In this document: in pieces, positions 35,546 to 49,662 of the stretch
Position numbering within the stretch: position 1 is the stretch's first letter
Layout of the letters: each line of letters starts with the position of its first letter
Notes under the pieces: model-generated
What the model saw: the letters and a program-made list of their open reading frames with translations, nothing else
Databases searched by the model: none
Told to the model about the DNA's origin: nothing
Assembly (NCBI GenBank): GCA_045837725.1
Contig: JBEWZL010000151.1
Span: 124,001-188,000 of the forward strand
DNA length: 64,000 bases
Origin: Vermamoeba vermiformis
Lineage: Eukaryota
Direction: 5' to 3'
Program-made: the position numbers and the translations under genes

Positions 35546-38500
35546 CTATTTAATATCAAGCTTTTCGCAAATAATGCTCATTTCCTACGATAGAATAGTT
35601 ATGGTTAGTATTGTTGATGAGAGTTTTATGACGTACCGGTCGTTCGGCTGGATCAGCTTTCCAACACATCTGCATTATTTCTCGAAGTAACTCCGGACAA
35701 TTTTCAGGTATATTCGGAGTATATCCATTATCTCTAATCTTCACGGCAACATTAATCAGATCTTCACCAGCGTGCGGCTCTTGTCTCGCAACAATTTCGT
35801 ACAACAGAATGCCAAAGGTCCAAATGTCCGATTTGGTGCTGTACGTTTGTTTTGCCAGGGCTTCAGGTGCCATCCATCGGATAGGTCCGATATTCGTCGC
35901 AGTTTTTCCGACTTGCGAGGCTTCTTTGAGTTTTCGGGACATTCCAAAATCGGAAATTTTCGGTTCGCCGTGGTGCAATAAGATATTCCGCACTGCGAGA
36001 TCTCGATGCACAATGTTAATTTGATGCAAATGGTCTAAACCACGGGCAATAGCTGCGGCAAGGTTGATTTGTTCCGCTGGCGTCCAATTCTTTTCAGACT
36101 CGAACAACAGTTTGTCGAGACTGCCTTCGTTACAGTACTCCAATACCACCAATGGTTCGGGTCCGTCGATCGAAATTCCGAGAAGTTGAACGATGTTCGG
36201 GTGCGGCGGGATGGACAGTTGGAAATTCGCTTCACGAATGAATTCTTCTTGCGAGATCTTCGTGTTGGCGACTTTAACCGCAACTTTTGTCGTTCTCAAT
36301 TTACCGAGATACACTGAAATAGCAAAAAAAAAGGTTAGAAAAAATGTCTTTTTTGAGCTATTTCAAACAGATATGAATAATTTCGAAATTATTATTTGCA
36401 ATCGGATCCGCTCATAAATCAAGTGAGAATTTACGAGCATCAATTGCAATATATCACTCTCGATATGTTAAATTACTCCATAAAAATTATTTTGAAAAGA
36501 ATTGTAATAATTTTTCTAGCGTACCTTTGCCGTAAGATCCGACACCAATTTCCTTTTCCAGCGTTACTGAACTATAAGGAATGAATCTGTTATCACCACC
36601 ACCAATCTTGGCATCGGCAGTGACGGACGAGTTGTCCAGAGCGACAGCATTAATTTGTCCATAATTGGTAGTGGTTGTGCTGTTGATGGTCGGAATAGAA
36701 TTGTAATTTCCTTGTTCGGGATCGGCGGTGCTATTTTTAGCTCCACTGTCACTGGATCCAGTCTTTTCCGTTGTTTTTTCGCCTTTACCCGCCTTCCTTT
36801 TTTGTATAAACACCACTAAAATAATTGCGCCGGCCACTAACGGAACTCCAACGCCAAGACCTACACCAAGGCCAACTTGCTGATCTGCGGTCAACGCGGA
36901 TGTGTTTTGCGATGTTGGTGCGCCGACACTACTGCTCGGACTAGCCATGGGAGAGAAGTCCGGCACTGGATTTTGATTGGCCGGAGCGTCGGGAGGCAAT
37001 TGCACGCCTGGCTCGGTGGCCTTTGGATCGTAGTCGCCAGGAGTGTTGATGAACTGACTGCCGCCGATCCACGTCCATTCGCGAGTGCTGACATCGTACT
37101 TCCACACATCATTCAATGGACCAGCTACATATAAAGAAATTGAATTAGTCTCGAGTTTTTTTGGGTTTGATCAGCTGCAGATCCCGCCAACCAAAATTTA
37201 AATGTCATTATACATTACTGTTATTATAATAATGGTTTGGCGCTAAAATTTGAAGACAAATAAATGGTCAATTAATTAGTATAGTAGTATTAGTAAGTTG
37301 ATTATAATGGAACCGCGATCGATTCACATCCAAAAAAATAAAAAAATTTGCTTACTGTTGTCCCCATCGCTACCAAAGCCAATACCACCAAACAGCCACA
37401 AATTTCCACTGCTATCCGTCCACGTAGCAGCATGCGCACGACTGCCTGGGTAGTTGTTGCTGCTTGGAACACCCTTCTCACCGTAGACTCCATTACGTTG
37501 CATTGCATCGGGACCCACTTGCGAATATGCATTGTTGTCCGGGGAGTAGAAGTGTAAGTCTCCTAAATAACCTATAACAAAAATAATATTAATATTTTTA
37601 TTTTGCTAACTCTCGTTTTAATTTATCTGCGGATTAAATATCGATAAATAATGGAGTTATAAAATTATTAATTAATTATTAAAATTATTACATGATTTTT
37701 ATGCGTCAATGGCAAATTTTGTTTTGGCGCTTTTGTGTTGTTCATTTGTAACAACTTGATTTAAATTATGACGCGCAAAAATATAACAAACAATATTCAA
37801 TATAATTGCACGCTTATTTGGGCTTTACCTATGCCTCCTTGCGCGTCAAAACCTTGACCGCCAAAGATCCAGGCAGAACCCTCGGTCGGGCTTCCCCAAA
37901 TGGCCGCTCCAGTGCGATTGGTTATGGCATTTTTCCAATCTTCATTGTTCTTCATAATCGTCCATTCATAAGTAGCGACTTTGTATCGCCAAAGTTCGTC
38001 GCTGTAGTCGGATGTGGATACGGATCCCAAACCGAAGTACAAGTAGACTTCGCCGGGAGGTGTATATACCCATGACCCTGCGTTAGATGTTCCTGAAGGA
38101 AAAATAGTTGTCGATGGCTCTTCTTGGGGTCCTGGAGTAATAGACACATCCACATCGGAATTTCCGGTCAACCAGCCCCATTTGTTATTATCCGGCGTAT
38201 AGACCCACAAGTCGCTTAATCTTCCTGTATACAAAGCATTAGACTAATATTATATGATTACATATTCAAAAAGTAAGTACCTGAATTTGCATTTCGTTCA
38301 CCAAATCCGATACCGCCAAAAAAGCCAAATACGTTGTTAGTGAGATCCGTCCAACACATTGCACTTGCTCGTGCTCCTGGATGAGCAATGTCCGAGGATA
38401 CGGTTCCAAAGTCCGTGTAGACGCCCTCGACATTTGTTGCCTGAGGGCCGCTAATCCACATCCATTGGTTACCAGGAAGCGTAAATTGCCACAAATCAGC

Positions 38501-39053
38501 AGAATATACTCCTAATTTAAGCGTTAATGTTTTATTACTAAAGTAATAGTAGAATTTCGAGTCTTTACGTGAGGCAAATTCAATTTCATAACTTTGTCCG
38601 TCCTACCTTCACTAGCCGATCCGCCGAAAAGCCAAAGATTATCGTTAGTATAAAATGGGCATGCAAAAGACATTCCACCAGGTGTAGTGCTATTAGTGGC
38701 GGTACCTTTCTCGCCGTACTCAGGGCTTACGTACACATCTGAGCTACCAGCGATAAACGACCAACTGTTAATTTCATAATTGTAGGCCCACATATCGTTT
38801 AAATTGCCTATTTATAATTAGTTAGAATTGTCAACGGAGCTAATTTTAAAAATATTTTAAATTTTTTGTACGAATTTTGTAGCTCGGTACCTGGTTGTCC
38901 ACTATCAGTGCCAATACCGTAACCTCCATATATATAAACTAAGCTTCCGGGTGGGGTCCATATTGCAGCGCCGTACCTACTACCTGGAAGAGCTGCATCG
39001 GTTACAGTAACCAAGAGACTCACAGCAACGAGCAATAAAATTGCACGTAGCAT
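35546..39053 (-). CDS. Receptor kinase with Kelch-repeat ectodomain and tyrosine-kinase-type catalytic domain
   Basis: Signal peptide; repeats of PGSR...W...LWLFGG.G...DLW.Y; TM VGLGVGLGVGVPLVAGAIILVVFI; kinase motifs GVGSYG, VAVK, HRDLAVRN, DFG and GPIRWMAPE. Confidence 0.88.
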
Positions 39054-39361
39054 CTTCGTGGTGTTGCAAAGCGTTTAAAGTTTAAAAATTAATGTCCAAC
39101 GGCGTTCGTTACTGTGTTAGGCACGCGATCCACAAAAATTCCTAATTTGGAAATAGGTTGGATGGAGTGCGTTTTGAATCTTTATTACTGTGATCTTCCA
39201 CTGTTGTCGGCCATATAATATTATTAGTTAAAAGGATTTGTTTATAGTGTGCTTGAACCTGTTGAGTTTAAAACGAATTTAAGAACTCGGTTAACGGCCA
39301 AAATAAACATTTCGATTTGCGTTATTCACTTTTTCATTCTTCAGCAATTGAACGCCCAATA

Positions 39362-42300
39362 ATGAAAAATATATTATTGTTGACCATTTTATTGCTAGTT
39401 GGCCTTTGTTTGGCGGTGGATATGCAAGGTAGGTTTTCCCGATGGCTTTTGTACAATCCAAATTCTAACTGAACTCCTCCAGCTGTGGAACGAAAGCATA
39501 AGTTTGTGCAGCAGCGGTTGCGCGATTTTGAGCAAACGCAGCCCACGGTGCGCTACGCTGATTCAACTGGCACCGCCCATCTTATAACGGAAACTCAACG
39601 AAGTCTTGCTAAGCGCTCCACTTGTAAGATCATAAAGAGATTTGAAATAATTTTAACCCACGTAATTAGATGGCTCAGTTTTGGAAGGATTAGAGGCTTT
39701 CCTTGCTGCTCATCCCGAGATCGGAGTCAAGGATTACAAAACCGAACTCGTGGAGGTCTCGCGCCATCCAGACGCTCAAATTAAGACTTTAACTATGATA
39801 ATTTATCAGCAAGTAAGTAAATTAATTAGCAACGAGGAACGGGCAACGTAAATCCGTTTTAATTTAACTTTAATTTTGAATATTTCAGATGCACAAAGGA
39901 GTCAATGTCGCGGATTCATTGTTGAAAGTCCTATTCAATACTCAGAACCAAGTTGTATCCGTTTCTGGCAACATTGTTCCCGATCTCGACTTGGATGTGG
40001 TTCCGAAACTCTCTCAAGGTGACGCCATTGAACTTGCTCGTCCTGCTTTGCCTACCGATATGTAAGTTTATCAATACTCCGTATTTTTCGCAAATTAATT
40101 AACGCGTTTTTAGGTCTTTTTCTTTGGCCGAACCTACTTTGGTAGTTTACCGTACAAAAATGACTAGCGGAGAAGTCGGCACGAATCATTTAGCCTATCA
40201 CGTGATCTTCAAGTGCACGCAGCACCTCGAGTCCCATTATGTCTACGTCGACGCACACGACGGCGCAGTGTTGAACTCGTTCTGCCCGGATGCACACGCA
40301 CTCAACCGCACTGCCATTCTCTTTGGAAAAGGCACAGTGTACACTGAAGGCAGTTCTTTGCCTGACGACGCACAGGCTAAACTTGTTGTCCAGATCAATG
40401 GTGTTCAGTATAATGCTATGATGAACGTCGGTGGCTACGACAGTTGGGATCTCAACGGTACGTACCAAAGAATTCGTTCCGAAATTTCATGTTGCGTTCT
40501 TTACTTTGATACCAAAACGTATTTTACAAGCACAATATAAAGTTGGTATTGCCACATACCACCTGCAGCTCAGGATTTAAACACTATAGCTGATCCGTTG
40601 GATTTAGGCGGCGAGTTCAAAAATACTATCAACGTGCCCACGAACGGCTATCCACAGTTCATTTGCCCTAACGCTGCTTTCTATGGAGCTCCTATTGGCG
40701 CGCTGTACTGTCCTGGTTTTGCTTACGGCATCGACGTTATTGCTCACGAGTTCGGTCACGGCTACATCCGAGGCAGTACGTACAACACTATTACTACAAA
40801 ACTATAATTATGCAAACACGATCATCAGTATCAATATGCTACTGATAATATTTTTTTCTTACATGTGATGGATCGACTAATTTTTTTTTGTTGGTAGTCG
40901 TTGGATCTGGTGGTTTAGTCTATCAAGGTCAAAGTGGAGCATTGAACGAGGCCTTTGCTGACGTTCTAGGCGAGACTATGCAAATGGTGCTGAAGGTTCC
41001 TCAAGACTACCCTGTCAGATCTGACCGCAGTTGCACGACTGTTGGTGGCAGTCAACGATGGATCCTCGGGGATAATCTCCCTGCTGAACAACAGCAATTC
41101 CCGAACATTAATGGAACTAGAATTGGTCAGTACTAAGATTTCACGGAAATTTCATTCCAATACTTATGGGTGAGGCGTCCTAACTAACCAAATTTGGTTA
41201 GGTCTTCGTGATATGTTCAGTCCAAACTGCTTCGGTGATCCTGCCAGCACAGATGACCGCAACTTCTTTTGTGGAAGTGGCGACAACGGCGGCGTCCACT
41301 ATAACTCCGGAGTTCTCAATCAGGTCTACTCGCTGTTCGTTGACGGCGGCGAGTTCCGAGGTACGACGTACACTGGCGTTGGTCTTATCAAGGCGTTCCA
41401 CATCTTCGTTCGTGGCCTAGCGAAGCACGTTCCTACCGCTACATTTGCACAAAACTCCGATTACAATCAAGCCGTAAGTACTGAATACAATTATTTCAAA
41501 CTTTATTTCGGATCCGACTAAATCAATTTCACAAAAGTCGTCTTATTTATAATACTAATGCGTTTTTACAATCAGGCATGCACTGAGTTAGCCAATGCCG
41601 GCACTGATCTCGTTGATTTGTTGACTGGTGACCCTACCGGCCAAATCGTGACTAGCGACGATTGCTCTACTTTGGGTAAACAATCAACGTATTAAACCAA
41701 TTTTAAGCAAATACTAATAATCTATTTTTAGCTGACTTGTACACCGCTGTAAAAATGACGGGAACAATTTGCGGAGTTACACCACCTGCACCTTTGCCTC
41801 CTCCGATAATTGTCCGAGGACCATTCCCGCCGCTCATCTTGAACGTTGGCTTGGATGTTGTGTATTGGTACGATATTGATAACGTTCTTATTGCGGGCCT
41901 CGCAAAGATTGGTAGCTCACTTTTTCCATATTAGGCAAACGTCTAACTGGGGAGACCGCCCTGTTCAGTGCAGATTCGTCGGTTATGAAAACAATCCATT
42001 CGCAGGAGATAAAGTTCAAACTCAACTCGCACAGTACGTCTATTGCCCGATTCCTGTTATTGGTGGTACTGGCCAGGTCCAGATCCAAATTAGCGCTGGA
42101 ACTACTTGGTCGGATCCGTACACTTTAATCGTTATTGGTACGCTGCACACATCATACCGTTATCACAATGCAATATCTAATTCTTCGAATTATTTCTAAA
42201 GATGCTTATTCGTTGACTGCTTACGGCCCAAATTACGGCCCACTCGAAGGCGGAGTGACGATTCAAATTGAAGGTAGTGGCTTTGTGACCTCAACGACTG

Positions 42301-43070
42301 GCTGCAATCCGACTGCTGATTCCGATGGATTTGACTGCACCGCGTGCTTTTTCGGCTACAACGCTAATGGTTTGCCTGTTCCCGCCATCGTTGACAGTGC
42401 TACTACTGCAAGGTAATGCTTTGGAGCTAATTGCTATATTTGATCACGTGATTTCTTCGGGCGCGATTGGAATTACTGACCAAACATGGTTTTTCATTTT
42501 TTTGTCGGGAATTATTTAGCTGAGCCTAATATGGTCATGAAAAATGTACTAACCTAATATGGTAATAGCTGCGTGAGTCCCGATTGGAACAATTTGGATA
42601 CCACGAACAAAACAGTTGAGATCTGGTTGTCAATGAACTATTTCCTCGCTGTTGGACCCCTTTACTACGAGTATAGGGAAGGAGGTACGTAATATATATA
42701 TTCCCGTAACGGCTACGTCAAAAGAAAAAAATAGTAAATTGCGCAGATACGGATCTGATTTAAATTTTGCCTATTGATTGAGTCAATCTAATCATATTTT
42801 TACGTACAGTTGGCCCTGTCGGAGCAGTTCCGTTGACTGCAGCGCCTTTCGCGTTCGCTCCTCAGACTCCCACCAGCACTGTAGTCACTCCCATTGCAAC
42901 TCCCGTAGCGAGCACTCCGCAAAAGAAATCCGCTGCTACTCACAATGAAGGTAATAATAATGACATTGCAAAGATTATCTGTTTTCACCTGGTAACTGAT
43001 TTTTTTTCTATTTTTAGCGATTATGTCGACTTTATTGGCCGCGTCAGGATTGTTGATGTTGGCGCTCTAA
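39362..43070 (+). CDS. Peptidase M4 (thermolysin-like) preproprotein with IPT/TIG-like domain and hydrophobic C-terminus, copy 1
   Basis: Signal peptide, FTP/PepSY-like propeptide (YVDAHDGAVL), CPNAAF, DVIAHEFGH, GALNEAFAD, DNGGVHYNSG, GPLEGGVTIQIEGSGF and a terminal hydrophobic stretch. Confidence 0.9.
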
Positions 43071-43337
43071 GTACTATATTATAGGTACTAATGATTGCTT
43101 GTCATACTTATAATAATTGCAATTTACCTCAAAACTTCGTTTTATCTTTTAACAGCCTTTTTAATGGCGGTTTATGCGTCATCGTTGCATCAACGCTGGT
43201 ATTCGTGATTATTAGGGTTGATTTTAATAGCCGATTTATATTAAATTGTTAAATTAAAGTCGTTTTTAAAGTTTGTGGGCGGACACAAAATCTAATTCTG
43301 CCGGCTGTTTTTTTTAATTTTTAACCACAACAACAAC

Positions 43338-46300
43338 ATGAGAAGCATCATATTATTTGTTGTTCTATTGTCCGTGTCCTTGTCGTTGGCAATTGACTTC
43401 GAGAGTAAGTACAGATGCCGTTGAAATCAACATCCGTTTAATGTCGTGTCACAGCTGCCCAACGCAAACATGAGTTCGTAAAGAAAAGAATACAAGATTT
43501 TGAGAAGACCCAGCCAATAGTGCGCTATTCTACTGCTACTGGAACTGCGCATCTGGTTACTGAAACTCCGAAAAGTCTGGCTAAGCGTTCTACTTGTATG
43601 TAAAATTTTAAAAAATATCATCATATTAACAATCATGATAGACGGATCGGTATCCGAAGGTTTAGAGGCTTTTCTCGCAGCTCACCCCGAGATCGGGATT
43701 ACAGATGTCAAAACTCAACTTGTTGAACTCTCTCGCCGACAAGATGCGCAAATTAAAACACTAACTTTGATCACTTATCAACAAGTAAGTAAATTCGTTA
43801 AATTGAATTTAAAGTTTTAAAGGAATTTGAATTGTAAATTTGACACAAACTCCTGTTGATACGGAATTCTGACTCTCTTGTAAATTAGGTATTTAAAGGC
43901 CTTACTGTTGACGGATGCTTATTAAAAGTGATGATCAACACGGAGAATCAAGTTATCTCCGTTTCTGGCACGATTGTCCCCGCTCTCGACTTGGATGTGG
44001 TTCCGAAACTCTCCGAAGATGACGCCATTGAACTTGCTCGTCCTGCTCTTCCGACTGATATGTAAGTTCATATAATAATATAACTAAATATCATGCTAAT
44101 ATCCGGATTTAATATTTTTTAGGACTTTTACTATTGCAAAGGCGAATCTGCTCGTTTACCGTACCGGCATGTCGAACGGAAAAATAGGCACGAATCATTT
44201 ATCCTACCACGTGATCTTCAAATGCACGCAGCACCTCGAATCTCATTATGTTTACGTCGATGCACACAACGGCGCTGTATTGAACTCGTTCAGTCCTGTG
44301 TTCCACGCACTCAACCGCACTGCCATTCTGTTCGGTGTGGGCACGGTGTTCACTGAAGGCAGTTCTTTGCCTGACGATGCACAGGCCAGACTCGCTGTTG
44401 AGATCAATGGTGTTGAGTACAATGCTATGCTGAATGTCGGTGGTTGGGACGGTTGGGATCTCAACGGTACGTACCAGCTTGACGCACCTTATATACATAC
44501 ATTAGTTTATATTATAACTGATATCATCATATGAGATTATGATACCACATTTAGTAACAGAATAACGGATTCGGATCTGATCTAAACTGATCCGTGGATT
44601 TAGGTGGCGAGTTCAGAAACACTATCAATGTGCCCACGAACGGCTATCCAGAGTTCAAATGTCCCAATGCAGCGTTTTTTGGTGCTCCGACTGGCGCTCT
44701 CTATTGTCCAGGCTTTGCTTATGCAATTGACGTTATTGCTCACGAGTTCGGTCACGGCTACGTCCAAGGCAGTACGTACAACAATATTACAAGAAAAGCT
44801 TTTAATATTATAGAGACAATCATCAGGATTAATATTCTATTGATAATGTATTTTTCTTCATGTAATGGATCGACTAATATTATTTTGTTGGTAGTCGTTG
44901 GATCCGGTGGTTTGGTCTATCAAGGTCAAAGTGGTGCATTGAACGAAGGCTACGCTGACATTATGGGCGAGACTATGCAAATTTTGTTGAAAGCACCTGT
45001 AGAATATGCTCCGAGATCGAATCGAGATTGCACGGTTCCGAACGGCAATCAACGCTGGATTATTGCTGACAATTTGCCCGCAAACGTTCAAACTTTCCCT
45101 AATATTAACGGAGATAACCTCGGTACGTACTCGAAATGTAGCTTTACGAAATTTCAAGATTGACACGTTCAAATGCAAATCACGTTTTTTTTCACACTCC
45201 GAATATAAGAGTTTCATTCATTTGCAGATCGATGCTTTAGTTCCGACATGTGACACTTTATATATATAAAGTGACACGTGTCATTTTTGTCCTATGCTAA
45301 GGAAACTTTAATTTCAATTTGCATCAGTCATGCAATACCAAAAAAGGAAATTAAGATCGTTATTTAATATGAGCTTGTGTGCTAATATAGATTTTCAGGT
45401 CTTCGTGATATGTACAATCCAAGCTGCTACAGAGATCCGACTACGACTTACGACTCCTCCTTCGTTTGCAATCCAGACTACGACAACGGTGGCGTGCACA
45501 CTAACTCCGGAGTGCTCAATCAAGTCTACTCGCTGTTCGTTGACGGCGGTGAGTTCAACGGTACCACCATCACCGGAGTTGGTCTGACCAAGGCTTTTCA
45601 CATTTTCATGCGCGGATTGGCGAAGCACGTGCCTTATTCTACTTTCAAACAACACGCTGATTACGTTGAAACGGTAAGTTGGGCGTTAATCCTCTCGCGA
45701 GATTTTAGGCGATATGTCTAAAACAACTGGCGAGACTCGTACTGCTTTAGGTCATGTTATTTATTTATTTGTTATATATAGGCATGCGCGGAGCTTGTCG
45801 GTGTAGATCTTACTGATTTGTTGCAAGGCACAGCGACTGGCCTCATGGTGACCACCACTGATTGCAATACTTTAGGTACGAATGGTCTTTATTACAACAG
45901 CAATTCGTGGAAAAAAATTGATTATTTCTTTATATAGGTACTATTTATGGCCTTGTTCAAATGCGAGGCGACATTTGCAACCAAACTTCAACTACTTTGC
46001 CAGATGCAGTTGTCGTTGCCGGACCTTTTCCTCCCGTAGTATTGGACGCTGGATTGGATTACGTTTACTGGTACGGCGATCAATTTTTACTGGAATTTAT
46101 AAGTTTGCTGAATTTTCCTTTTTAGGCAAACTATTGGCTTCGCAGCCCGCGGATCTGTTGGCTGCAGATTTGTTGGTTATGAAGGCCAGGCTTATGCTGG
46201 TGGATATTTCTTGACTCAATATTCAGAATATGCTTATTGTCAGATGCCTACTTTCTCAAGCGTCGGCAATTATCAGATCCAGATCTCTGCGGACAACGTA

Positions 46301-47236
46301 CTTTGGTCGGATCCGTTCAACTTAACAGTCATTAGTAAGCTATATTATACTATTTACTAGTGTCAGAGTGACGAGTATATTAACATTTTTGCTATTAGCA
46401 AGCTACAGCTTATCTGCTTTCGGGCCGACATACGGTCCAATTGAAGGCGGAACCACTGTTCAAATTGAAGGCACCGGATTCGTCAATTCATTCACTGGAT
46501 GCAATCCCACGGCCTCCTCCGATGGATTTGATTGTTCCGCATGTTACTTCGGATACTCTGCGTCTGGTGTGCCTGTTCCTGCCACCGTTAGTTCCGCTAC
46601 TCAAGCAAGGTACGTTCAATCTTTGCAGAAATTCTTATATCGGAAATTCGATGTACCTAAATTAGGCAATTTTTATATATAAGGAAGTCTTACGAATTGA
46701 GCCGTACAAAGCGGTCTGAAAATTTTATAATTTTTTTGTTCGAGAATTTGTTCTTAAGAATGCTAATATGGACATGAATTTCGCCGGACATAATTAGAAT
46801 TACTAACCTAATATGGTAATAGCTGCGTGAGTCCTAATTGGAACAATTTGGACACCACGAACAAAACAGTTGAGATCTGGTTGTCAATGAACTATTTCTT
46901 AGCGCTCGGTCCTATGATATTCGAATACCAAGAAGGAAGTACGTATCATTAATATTACCATATTTGGTAATAAAGATATTTATTCTAACGTTCCTTATCC
47001 TAGTTGGACCTGTCGGCAATGTTCCATTGACATCCGCTCCATTTGGCGTCAAAACACCCATTTCTTCACAAACTCCTAAATCAAATGTCATATCAGCTGC
47101 TAATACTGAAAGTAAGTTCAATTAATCTTGAAATTATTATTTGCGCTCGATCTGTCGATCTAACGATTTTCCTTCATTTTTAGTTGTTGCCTCATCAGTG
47201 CTCATTTTATCGAGCGTAATTATTGCAATGGTCTAA
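43338..47236 (+). CDS. Peptidase M4 preproprotein, copy 2
   Basis: HEFGH, GALNEGYAD, DNGGVHTNSG; same exon layout as copy 1. Confidence 0.9.
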
Positions 47237-47540
47237 TAAGGCCATAATAATTATTATACTATGTGTCATTAGGTCATACAATAGTTCCTGATTTAGTTTA
47301 ATAAACTTGCTTTGAAATTGAGTTGCACGAGCTTGAATTATTTGCGCGTGCAAATCTTCGATTTCATGTTTCATAAGCAATTTCAAGAATATTAATTAAT
47401 ATGAACTAAATTATAAGATCGCATCGTTCAACTATCAATACAATCGCGATAATAGAATAAAGTGATCGATTTAGATCTCGCTCATTTTTATTATTATTAA
47501 TACTGGAATCGAGGAGTTTCGGCGCTATTGTTTTATTTAT

Positions 47541-48269
47541 TTATTGTTCTTCTTCATCTATAGGATCATATACTTCGTACATTACGCGATTTCCAACACC
47601 GCAAACGACGGCGCAGATTGCAGAATAAAGTGTGATTTCTTTCTTCTCGATCGGGCAATAGAACTTAAATCCATTTTTTCTAATATCACGCGCTGTATCT
47701 TCCAACAATTTCTTCTTATTTTTAAAGAATACGTCTTCGATCGTGTTTTGAGGATCAGATGAGACATTTTCGGAAAGCGATGTATCTTTAAGGCCTTCAT
47801 CATCTCGATGGGGTTTACCAGGCAAAGGCTTATGTACTTTAATGTGCTTCATTCCATCCGTAGATAGCGCTAAAATTCTTTGTTTTTCGCGCTCCAAAAG
47901 TTCGCGCTTTGATCTTGTTTCTTTAGTCTGCCTTGCTTGTTCGTTTATTGACTCTAAGGGTATATATTCGAATTCTACTACGAGAAGTAGATACGGTGAT
48001 TTTCTAGCAGGATCGTGGTAAACAAATACTGCATCTGTTCGGTGGTCGTACGGATGCGATGATTTGATATGAATCGGCTTAACTTCGCCATGCCTAATTT
48101 GATTGACAAACAGTAGCTTAAATCCTGCTTGATTGAAGCCTTCTGTATTCTCGCAAAAGTCATTTCTATCCATCATCTGTTGTAAGTAGTCTTCAACAAC
48201 GGCTGCATTGTTGTAAATCAGGTCGCTTGCAAGAGATACTGGATGGTCGAATATGAAATCGTCTGCCAT
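47541..48269 (-). CDS. Intronless hypothetical protein, possible PD-(D/E)XK nuclease-like fold, copy 1
   Basis: 242-aa ORF with a paralog next door; FNQAGFK...RTDAVF...VVEFEYI pattern. Confidence 0.7.
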   Translation of the reverse strand: MADDFIFDHPVSLASDLIYNNAAVVEDYLQQMMDRNDFCENTEGFNQAGFKLLFVNQIRHGEVKPIHIKSSHPYDHRTDAVFVYHDPARKSPYLLLVVEFEYIPLESINEQARQTKETRSKRELLEREKQRILALSTDGMKHIKVHKPLPGKPHRDDEGLKDTSLSENVSSDPQNTIEDVFFKNKKKLLEDTARDIRKNGFKFYCPIEKKEITLYSAICAVVCGVGNRVMYEVYDPIDEEEQ

Positions 48270-48784
48270 GTTGTTTTCGGTTGATAAATTTTGAAATTAG
48301 AATAGACGAGCGTAAATTGTGATTGACATACTTTTCCGGATCTCGTCATTTTTCGCAGATTTCACAGAAAATATCTCAAAATTCGAGCAATTTTACGTTT
48401 TAGATAGTTTGCGTCCAAAATTCATGATCCAGTGCCACCACTGATAAACCACAAGTTGATAACAAAGTTCCACCGGTTCCAAAGCAAGTTGACCACGTCT
48501 ATCTCTAATACACTAACCATCCATCTCTTATCCTAAAGTCCGAGCACTCTAACCGAATGCGCACGAGCAAGAATTTTTTTCGCGTGCAAGCGTGTTAACA
48601 TTTCTTTGGACATATCCCAAGAACATCATTCTAAGAGTTAATCATTCGTTTACATCACGTGCTTAGCTCTGGTGCTATTCTAAAATTTTCCTGCCTAGAT
48701 CTCGGCACTTTTTTTTGATCTAAATTGTAGCATTGCACTGCTTGAAATTATTGGTCTATAATTAATTACTAAAGACTATACTCT

Positions 48785-49519
48785 TTATTTTACGTGTTCT
48801 TCTTCGTCTATAGGATCATATACTTCGTACATAACGCGATTACCAACACCGCAAACGACGGCGCAGATCGCAGAATGAAGTGTGATTTCTTGTTTCGCAA
48901 CGGGGCAATAAAATGTAAATCCGTTCTTTTTAATATCATGCGCTGCCTCGACTAATGATTCCTTTCTGCTATTAATTAAGGCTTCTTCGATCGTGTTCGG
49001 ATCCTGCGAAAATCTGTCTGACAACGTGGTGTCTTTCATGCCTTGGGCGTCTCTATGAGGATTACTCGGAGTAGGTTGATGAACTTTAATTTCTTTCATC
49101 TGATCCGGCGAAAGAGCTAAAATTTTTTCTTTTTCTTTTTCGAAAAGTTCGTGCTTTGGTCCGGTCTCTATTGTTTCTCTTGCCTTTTCGTTGATAGATT
49201 CTAATGCTACATATTCAAATTCTACTAATAGCAACAAATACGGCGATTGTCTCGCGTGGTCATGGTAAATAAATACGGCATCTGTTCGATGATCGTAGGG
49301 ATGTGATGCTTTGATGTATATTGGTTTAGGTTCTCCTTGCCTAATTTGGTTAACGAATAATAATTTAAATCCTGCTTGATTGAATCCTTCAGTCGTTTCG
49401 CAAAAGTCATTGCGATCCATCATCTGTTGTAAGTAGTCTTCTATAACCGTTGCAGTATTATAAATCAGGTCACTTGCGAGAGACACTGGATGATTAAAAA
49501 TAAAATCGTCTTCTGTCAT
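48785..49519 (-). CDS. Intronless hypothetical protein, possible PD-(D/E)XK nuclease-like fold, copy 2
   Basis: 244-aa ORF, clearly paralogous to 47541-48269, with synonymous differences preserving the frame. Confidence 0.7.
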   Translation of the reverse strand: MTEDDFIFNHPVSLASDLIYNTATVIEDYLQQMMDRNDFCETTEGFNQAGFKLLFVNQIRQGEPKPIYIKASHPYDHRTDAVFIYHDHARQSPYLLLLVEFEYVALESINEKARETIETGPKHELFEKEKEKILALSPDQMKEIKVHQPTPSNPHRDAQGMKDTTLSDRFSQDPNTIEEALINSRKESLVEAAHDIKKNGFTFYCPVAKQEITLHSAICAVVCGVGNRVMYEVYDPIDEEEHVK

Positions 49520-49662
49520 GTTTGTTCTACTCGTAGAATAATTTCGAATGAGATTGCAATCTCAAAATCACTCTGATTTCGCCTTAAAAAAAATCGCGTG
49601 ACACTAAAATTGCAGTTTATGTATGATTGCGTTTACAATAGAATCATTCGAATTACTCGATT

